A DNA stretch of 64,000 nucleotides. It comes from Thermosediminibacterales bacterium. Its GTDB lineage: Bacteria; Bacillota; Thermosediminibacteria; Koleobacterales; JARRCM01. The notes under the pieces are model-generated. The model saw only the letters and a program-made list of their open reading frames with translations. It searched no databases and was not told the origin of the DNA. This document shows, one piece after another, positions 58,049 to 64,000 of the stretch. A program made the translations under genes and the position numbers. The DNA is taken from NCBI GenBank assembly GCA_029982205.1, contig JARRCM010000002.1:20296-84295 (forward strand), read 5' to 3'. Positions within the stretch are counted from its first letter, which is position 1; each line of letters opens with the position of its first letter.

Positions 58049-59284
58049 CTAAAAAAGTTCTACTTCAACGATACTGCCTTTTTCAAGCCCCCGCTTTTCC
58101 CGGGAAATATTTATAACCCCATCGGCTTTTACCATCGTTGAAATAAGCGCTGATTTCCCCATTACCGGATCCGCCCACAGTTTTCCGTTTTCCTCAACAA
58201 GGGCCACCCTTACAACTTCAAGTTTTCCTCCTGATGAGGCAATATTTCGTTTAAGAAAAGCTTTCACCCTTGAGAATCTTCTAAATTTATCCACCCTGCC
58301 CAGCAGTTTGTAAATGACAGGCTTTACTACAAGGTTGAAAGTGGTCATGGCAGACACCGGGTGGCCCGGAAGGCCGAAAATTGGTTTGCCTCTAACTACT
58401 CCTATTATTGTTGGTTTACCCGGTTTAACAGATACTCCATGAACTAAAATTCCCGGAGGCCCGGCATCGTTTATAACTTTATAAGTAACATCTCTTGTAC
58501 CTACAGAGCTCCCACCAGATATAACCACTATATCGGCTGTTTCCATCGCCTTTTTTATGGTTTCTGCCAGCAAATCATAACTGTCTTTTACAATTCCCAT
58601 ACTCATCACATCTGCACCCGACTCTTTAGCAAGACCCATAAGAGAATACGTATTTATGTCCCGTATCTGGCCAGGTTGAGGGCTGGCATCAGGTGAAACC
58701 ACCTCATCTCCTGTGGAGATAATGGCAACTAACGGTTTTTTCGCAACCGTTACCTGGGCGATACCCATGGCAGCAAGAGCCCCTAAGTCCTGAGGTCTCA
58801 GAACCTGCCCTTTTGGTAAAACCAAATCGCCCTTTTTCAGGTCCTCGTCTTCTCGAACTACGTTTTCAAAAGGTGATAATGACTTATAAACATTAAGTGT
58901 GGTTTCATCTAACATTTCCGTATGTTCCACCATAACCACAGCATCGGCCCCGGCGGGAAGCATTCCCCCTGTAGGTATCTTCACGGCTTGACCGGGGAAA
59001 ATCTCCGTTTCGGTTTTCTTCCCCATAAATACCTCGTCTACCACAACAAACATTGCCGGCATTGCCTCACTGGCACCGAAAGTATCCTGTGCTTTTACGG
59101 CAAAACCATCAACTGTGGATTTACGGAAACCGGGCAGGTTTATAGGAGAATTAATGTCTTCATAAACTACCCGACCAAGACTGTCCATCAAGTCAAGCTT
59201 TTCAGGCTGCGGCCTGACATGTTTAATTTGTTCACCCAGCATTTTGTTCGCTTCTTCAACTGTTATAAGTTCAAAAAACTCCAT
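58049..59284 (-). CDS. moeA: Molybdopterin molybdotransferase
   Basis: 411 aa with STVDGFAV, ISGGSSVG and GLPGHPVSAM. Confidence 0.9.
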   Translation of the reverse strand: MEFFELITVEEANKMLGEQIKHVRPQPEKLDLMDSLGRVVYEDINSPINLPGFRKSTVDGFAVKAQDTFGASEAMPAMFVVVDEVFMGKKTETEIFPGQAVKIPTGGMLPAGADAVVMVEHTEMLDETTLNVYKSLSPFENVVREDEDLKKGDLVLPKGQVLRPQDLGALAAMGIAQVTVAKKPLVAIISTGDEVVSPDASPQPGQIRDINTYSLMGLAKESGADVMSMGIVKDSYDLLAETIKKAMETADIVVISGGSSVGTRDVTYKVINDAGPPGILVHGVSVKPGKPTIIGVVRGKPIFGLPGHPVSAMTTFNLVVKPVIYKLLGRVDKFRRFSRVKAFLKRNIASSGGKLEVVRVALVEENGKLWADPVMGKSALISTMVKADGVINISREKRGLEKGSIVEVELF

Positions 59285-59984
59285 CTTTTAATCCCTTCTT
59301 TCCCCATGGACAAACACTTATACAAATTCCGCACACCACACCCCTGCCGATGTGTTTATAGGCATTCTTCATGTGTGTACTGCATGCCCTAACATCCACA
59401 AGCCTTTCCCCTTGGATTCCGGGAAACCAGTTTTCTCCCCTGAGGGCCAAAGCGGGACATGCTGAAACACATAAATCACATGAACCACAGCGGCTCTGTT
59501 CCACAGGCGCAACAACAGGAAGAGGCATTTCCGTTAAAACAGTCGCAAGTCTAACCCTAGGTCCATGGACTTGTGAAATGAAAAGCCCGTTCTTTCCTAT
59601 CCACCCCAGCCCTGCCATTGTAGCCGCTGTTTTATGCGGGAAAAGCCCCTTATACTCCGCAGAGTTAACGGTCTGAGAAGCAGGAACGGCCATGGCCAGG
59701 TATCCCCATTTTTGGAGCTGGTTTGAAACCTTTAGAGCCATCTGGTCAAGGAGATAGTTGACATGGCGGTAGTGGTGAAAATACGTGTAAGTAGGGCCTT
59801 CACGTATATCATTTATTATCTGGTCAGATAGGCGAAAAACTATTGTAATAGCATAGCTTAAATGTTTCAGCCCTTCGGGTAAAACGTCACTCACACAGGA
59901 AAATCCAACTTCCCATGCTCCCCATTTTATGATTTTGGATTTTAATTGTTCTGCTCTGCTTTTTATAATGTCATTTTCGTTCAA
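59271..59984 (-). CDS. 4Fe-4S double-cluster protein, epoxyqueuosine-reductase/reductive-dehalogenase-like (short form)
   Basis: 237 aa from a TTG start at 59984 with RBS GGGAGGA. Motifs CGSCDLCVSACP and CGICISVCPWG. It is the first gene after the riboswitch. Confidence 0.6.
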   Translation of the reverse strand: MNENDIIKSRAEQLKSKIIKWGAWEVGFSCVSDVLPEGLKHLSYAITIVFRLSDQIINDIREGPTYTYFHHYRHVNYLLDQMALKVSNQLQKWGYLAMAVPASQTVNSAEYKGLFPHKTAATMAGLGWIGKNGLFISQVHGPRVRLATVLTEMPLPVVAPVEQSRCGSCDLCVSACPALALRGENWFPGIQGERLVDVRACSTHMKNAYKHIGRGVVCGICISVCPWGKKGLKDGVF

Positions 59985-60033
59985 TTATATATCCTCCCAA
60001 ACAGTGATATATTACCCCAAAATTTGGTATGAG

Positions 60034-60068
60034 AATAAAAAATACCGTCCCCTATCGGAAAACGGTAT
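60034..60068 (-). terminator. Intrinsic terminator forming the riboswitch expression platform
   Basis: The minus strand reads ATACCGT-(13 nt)-ACGGTAT followed by TTTTTTATT. Confidence 0.7.
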
Positions 60069-60190
60069 AAACAAATGGTTTCCTCTCCTTTCCGATACGG
60101 GAGGCAACATCCGTTTCCAGATGTACCCTAACGGTCAGGTCACATAGGTAGTAGGTAGTAACCCTTAGCTTCCTGACTCGGAGAATTCTC
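60069..60190 (-). promoter_or_regulatory. Molybdenum/tungsten cofactor (Moco RNA motif) riboswitch aptamer
   Basis: The minus strand carries, in order: CUCCGAG; the GUCAGG...CCUGAC helix; the ACAUC-UGGAAACG-GAUGU hairpin; GCCUCCC; CCG-UAU-CGG; and AAAGGAGAGG. This fits my recollection of the Moco motif (CCGAG / GGAAAC / GCCUCC / AAAGGAG) and sits upstream of a moa/moe operon. Confidence 0.7.
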
Positions 60191-60290
60191 AATTGATTTA
60201 ATTGTATCACATTCTTTATTTTTACTTCTACAAAATAACTGTTTTTCCTTCCTTAATTCTAAAAACTTTTTAATAAATTATTTATTTTAT

Positions 60291-61382
60291 CTATTTAACT
60301 TTCATGGCAGATCGTTTTTTAAGCAGTCTCATACCATATATTAGCAACCTTGAATAAGCTATAGGGTTTAAAAAAAGGGATGAAATTTTTTTGTTTCTTG
60401 ATAAGAAAGAAACAAAACTGTCAAGACTATCAAAATCCGAGGCGGCCCAATACTCCAGCAATTCCTGTTCCAAGGAAAGTTTATTTCCTATGATTTTCCA
60501 TAATCTTTTACGATAATTAGAGACATCTCCTTCAATTATTGCCTGGATTGCGATTTTACCGCTTATACATGCAAGGTCAATACCTCCACCATGGACAGGA
60601 GATGTTAGTCCTGCTGCATCACCAACCAGAATTATGTTATCATAGATTAAGGATTTTGGGGCTTTCACCGGGCAAATTCCCCCAACTCTTTTTACTATTT
60701 TATGTTTATCAAGTTTCTCAAGCTCTATCATCTTATTAAGGTTTTCCCATAGGCTGAAAGGTTTTTGTCGTTTGAATACTCCAAATCCCACGTTTGCTAT
60801 TTCTACCCCTTTAGCATCCCTGCCTTTCGGAAATATCCAGTAGTAGCCAACGTTTCTCGTATCAGCTATTACTTTGATGTTTCTGCCATACTTACTGAAA
60901 TCGCCTTCCATCACGTACTGAACAGTCAGGCCGCAGTTCTCTATATAGAACTTTTTAAACCTGTAGAGTCTTGAGGTTAAAGAAGGAGCGCCTGTTGCAT
61001 CAATAACCCAGTCATATTCCTGTTTCATTTTGCTTAAGTCTTCAGGTTTAATGTTTCTGTATTCTAAGACATCAACTCCAAGTTTTCTGGCGTTATCTAC
61101 CAGGGCGTTTTGCCATTCTTTTCGGTCAATCATCCAAAGGTTTACGTCTGATACATCTACTTTATGTTCTTTCTTTACTTTAACTAAAATATTTTCAACT
61201 TTAAACCTCACTCCTGCATCCGGCTTCCCCAAAAGTTTGAGCGAATCCAAAAAACCTTCGGCACACCGTATTTCGTCACCTATCTTAGACTTTTCAAAGA
61301 GGGTAACCTTAATCCCCGTTTTGGCGCCTTCAATAGCTGAATAAAGCCCGGCAGGCCCTCCACCGACAACCGCAATTCTCAA
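60291..61382 (-). CDS. Geranylgeranyl-reductase-family FAD-dependent oxidoreductase
   Basis: 363 aa with the MRIAVVGGGPAGLYSA dinucleotide fold, RCAEG and VGDAAG. Confidence 0.75.
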   Translation of the reverse strand: MRIAVVGGGPAGLYSAIEGAKTGIKVTLFEKSKIGDEIRCAEGFLDSLKLLGKPDAGVRFKVENILVKVKKEHKVDVSDVNLWMIDRKEWQNALVDNARKLGVDVLEYRNIKPEDLSKMKQEYDWVIDATGAPSLTSRLYRFKKFYIENCGLTVQYVMEGDFSKYGRNIKVIADTRNVGYYWIFPKGRDAKGVEIANVGFGVFKRQKPFSLWENLNKMIELEKLDKHKIVKRVGGICPVKAPKSLIYDNIILVGDAAGLTSPVHGGGIDLACISGKIAIQAIIEGDVSNYRKRLWKIIGNKLSLEQELLEYWAASDFDSLDSFVSFLSRNKKISSLFLNPIAYSRLLIYGMRLLKKRSAMKVK

Positions 61383-61424
61383 CGGTTTTCAACTCCCTTT
61401 TTTATGTGATTTTCTAACATGAAT

Positions 61425-62339
61425 TTATTTAATGCAGAAAAGATTATAAAGAGCATTATTTCTGATCAAGAAGTTTTCTCTTGCATAATAAAACATGTAA
61501 ACTTGAGCAAATCCTGCAAGGTGCCCAAACCTCTCCTGAGCAAATTCACGGATGTAATTCAAAGGCCTTTCTTCACCTTGGAAGTACAGGATTTCTATGG
61601 TTCTTTTTATCCAAACATCTACCGGGAAAACATCAAATTTTCGCATCGAATACAGTAATATACAATCCGCAACTTTAGGACCAACCCCGGGAAGCCGCAA
61701 CAACTCTTTTCTTGCCTCTACAGTAGACATTTTTGCCACCTGTTCTAAATCTAACTGTTTTTCATAAACCATATCAGCGGTCTTTTTAATATACTCTGCC
61801 CGATAACCGCATCCGCATTTTTTGATGGAGTCTTCACTCACTGAAGCTAAAGCCCTGGGACCGGGAAAACTGTTTAAAACTTTTCCTTGAAACTCTATAG
61901 GTTCGCCGAAGCATGTAGAAAGGTTTTCTATGATCTTCTTTATTCTTGGGATATTGTTATTGGCAGATATAATAAAGGAGATAGTGGTTTCCCATGGGTC
62001 CTGTTTCATTATTCTGTTTCCTGATGAATATTCCACGACTTTATTCAGAACCGGCTCTTTCTTTAACTGTTCCTCTATTGTTTTATAATCCCTTAGTAAA
62101 TCAAAATAATCTATCCAGTAGGTTATATCTTCTCCATTAGTAGAAGTTTTTATGAAAATCTTATTAACATCCACCTGTTTTAATTTAATAACCCTGTTTC
62201 CTACAATACCTCTATAAAAACCTTCCCCTATGTTTACCCATCTAAAGGCCTGGCCGCAATCAAGCATTGCCTTTAAATTAAAAGGCCTGATACCCTCTAT
62301 TATTGTCCCATCTTCAACCTGCTGAACGTTTAAAATCAC
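61425..62339 (-). CDS. 8-oxoguanine DNA glycosylase / HhH-GPD DNA N-glycosylase (OGG1-type)
   Basis: 304 aa with an N-terminal OGG_N-like region, the HhH-GPD loop LLRLPGVGPKVADCILLY and the catalytic Asp context FPVDVWI. Confidence 0.8.
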   Translation of the reverse strand: MILNVQQVEDGTIIEGIRPFNLKAMLDCGQAFRWVNIGEGFYRGIVGNRVIKLKQVDVNKIFIKTSTNGEDITYWIDYFDLLRDYKTIEEQLKKEPVLNKVVEYSSGNRIMKQDPWETTISFIISANNNIPRIKKIIENLSTCFGEPIEFQGKVLNSFPGPRALASVSEDSIKKCGCGYRAEYIKKTADMVYEKQLDLEQVAKMSTVEARKELLRLPGVGPKVADCILLYSMRKFDVFPVDVWIKRTIEILYFQGEERPLNYIREFAQERFGHLAGFAQVYMFYYARENFLIRNNALYNLFCIK

Positions 62340-62471
62340 GTAAATTCTCCCCTGCCTTTTTATGTCCTAGTATACTAAAATATAGTGTTCAGTCAAGCTG
62401 TTTCAAAAGCGCAAAAGCGTTTCCGTAAAGAAACGCTTTGCTTTCTTAGAAAGATAAGTAGATTTTTGCTA

Positions 62472-63752
62472 TCAGATAAGCCTCTCATTAAAAATATTAA
62501 TCAGGTTTACCCTTTCTACCCTTTTTCTTATTTCATCCCTGTCTATAGTATAGAGATTTTTCTGTTTCATTCTCTCAAAATATTCTGCCCCTGAAAAAGT
62601 ATACCTTTTCTTTAACCCTTCAGGAGTCTTAATTCTTTCATTGGCATATTTGATTATATCTCCTGAGGCAAGATTTACCGGCAGCTCTAAAAGAGGTATT
62701 CCCAAACAATAACGTATACTGTTATGGCCTGCAAGGCTGCCTGTTATAATAGCCTCTGTATGCCCCACAAACAACCCTGATTTTTCTCCTCCACAAAACA
62801 AGTTATCAACACCTTTTACTTTCATTGCATTGTTTCTGGGTGCCATAGAAAGATACCTGATAGAATTCCCTCGCCCTCCTGAATATGGATCCTCATATCT
62901 GGCCCTTTCTAATCCCGGAATTTTTCTCAGCTTTTCCAGCGGATAAAATGGTGTCATCAATTTTGCATGGCCTGTATCCAACAACACCAGGTTTTCAGCA
63001 AACTCTTTTAAAGCATACTGCTGGCAGACCTTCATATCCAATTTTTCTTTTTTAACATCTTCAGGAGGCACAGGAATCACACATACACCCGTTTCGTTAA
63101 GTTGTTTTACAATTTCTTCACCCAGTGAATCTTTATTAAGTTTACATGAACCGCTGAATGCACCGTAACTTCCAGCAGCCCTTTGACCCAAAATGTCTTC
63201 AACACCTGTCTTTAAACTGATACTAATTCGAGGCCCAAAAGTCGGGCACCGCAGTATGCACATAACACAACCGTTTCCATATTTCAAGCAATTCCCCATA
63301 GGACCCGTGGAACCAGTGGTTTCAATAAACACATCCCCGCTGACTGTTGTATCATCAGCTAAAACAACCTCTTTTATCCGGTTTCCCGCCATCTCCACAT
63401 CAACCGCTCTTTTCTGTATCAAAAGCCGGATTCCCTTTTCTTTCAAAAGCTGTCTTACCATAGGTTCAACCTTAGTAACATCATACAGTGTCGCATGAGA
63501 ATGCCCGGGAAAGTTTACGTTTTTATGCCTTGCTGCCCTGTCGGTTATGTTAAACAATTCACCTGCTCCCAAAAAAATGGCCTCTTCAGCAGCGGTGTAT
63601 CTACCATTGTTTCTCATAATACCTCCAACGTTCCCTAACCCGAGAAGCATATCGGTTTTTTCAATCACCGTAACATATCCACCTGCTTTTTGAGCAGCTA
63701 ATGCGGCTGCACAACCTGCCCAACCGCCTCCAATCACTACTACCTTAACCAT
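62472..63752 (-). CDS. FAD-dependent oxidoreductase (GidA/TrmFO-like fold) with an internal Cys cluster; function unknown
   Basis: I prefer the start MVKVVVIGGGWAGCAAALAA at 63752 (RBS AGGAGGA). It has CLKYGNGCVMCILRCP. The track's longer start at 63791 would overlap the upstream gene heavily. Confidence 0.7.
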   Translation of the reverse strand: MVKVVVIGGGWAGCAAALAAQKAGGYVTVIEKTDMLLGLGNVGGIMRNNGRYTAAEEAIFLGAGELFNITDRAARHKNVNFPGHSHATLYDVTKVEPMVRQLLKEKGIRLLIQKRAVDVEMAGNRIKEVVLADDTTVSGDVFIETTGSTGPMGNCLKYGNGCVMCILRCPTFGPRISISLKTGVEDILGQRAAGSYGAFSGSCKLNKDSLGEEIVKQLNETGVCVIPVPPEDVKKEKLDMKVCQQYALKEFAENLVLLDTGHAKLMTPFYPLEKLRKIPGLERARYEDPYSGGRGNSIRYLSMAPRNNAMKVKGVDNLFCGGEKSGLFVGHTEAIITGSLAGHNSIRYCLGIPLLELPVNLASGDIIKYANERIKTPEGLKKRYTFSGAEYFERMKQKNLYTIDRDEIRKRVERVNLINIFNERLI

Positions 63753-64000
63753 GCTGCAATATCCTCCTTTCAATGGCTTTACGCACATCAAGCTGAACTT
63801 TGCATACTTTCACCGTGACATTATCATCTATTTTAGTTGAACAGCTTCCGCACACACCTTCACCACAGCACATTTCACTGTTGTTTGTAACAACTAAGTA
63901 TGCGTTACTGTTGTTTTTTTCCATCTCAGTTAATATTTCTAAATGCTGTTTATCTGAACCGCCGCTGTAAACAAGGCTGAGATTTTTATTCGATAGTTCT
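63745..64000 (-). CDS. C-terminus of a PyrK-like (dihydroorotate/sulfide dehydrogenase-type) FAD/NAD(P)-binding electron-transfer subunit with [2Fe-2S]; N-terminus is outside the window
   Basis: My own minus-strand translation gives ...LVYSGGSDKQHLEILTEMEKNNSNAYLVVTNNSEMCCGEGVCGSCSTKIDDNVTVKVCKVQLDV.... Its stop overlaps the next gene's start (ATGGTTAA). Confidence 0.6.
   Translation of the reverse strand, partial: ELSNKNLSLVYSGGSDKQHLEILTEMEKNNSNAYLVVTNNSEMCCGEGVCGSCSTKIDDNVTVKVCKVQLDVRKAIERRILQHG

Noticed and set aside
60141-60160. The tandem ACTACCT-ACTACCT, considered as a CRISPR or minisatellite array.
   Set aside because: There are only two 7-nt units and they lie inside the riboswitch variable stem. 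There is no repeat-spacer architecture anywhere in the window.

Overview
Low-GC, mostly minus-strand chromosomal window from an anaerobic, spore-forming Firmicute (Clostridia / Thermoanaerobacterales-like). The taxon guess rests on gene content only: splB, ytvI-like, CIRCE-groESL, PurBoxes and a bifurcating-type hydrogenase. Most of it is housekeeping. (i) Positions 1-7100 carry an MBL hydrolase, a ZIP transporter, a uridine-kinase-like protein, a UPF0182 protein and an AI-2E/YtvI transporter. (ii) Positions 7150-16330 are a rearranged accessory patch with a symporter gene fragment, OYE reductase, PPC-domain protein, an IS1634-family element with intact ends and a 6-bp target duplication, an amidohydrolase, a group II intron RT remnant, a sodium:solute symporter and an ORF-free intron-like segment. 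(iii) A sigma-54 activator sits next to a thiolase / CoA-transferase / SDR / Zn-ADH operon with a good -24/-12 promoter. (iv) A HydCBA-type [FeFe]-hydrogenase operon has Rex-like operators and is followed by a sensory-type hydrogenase (HydS-like, PAS) overlapping a PP2C phosphatase. (v) splB is frameshifted. (vi) A permease-led purECSQLFMNHD operon has PurBoxes. (vii) The remainder holds an APC permease, zinc-ribbon ORF, DegV, a cad-like ATPase with an ArsR regulator, arsC, guaA, groESL with CIRCE, a Moco-riboswitch-controlled molybdopterin operon, a GGR-like flavoprotein, OGG and a flavoprotein pair. I found no rRNA, tRNA or CRISPR, and no obvious defence or toxin system. The most interesting items are the HydS-PP2C module, the sigma-54 regulon, the riboswitch switching helices and the mobile-element scars.
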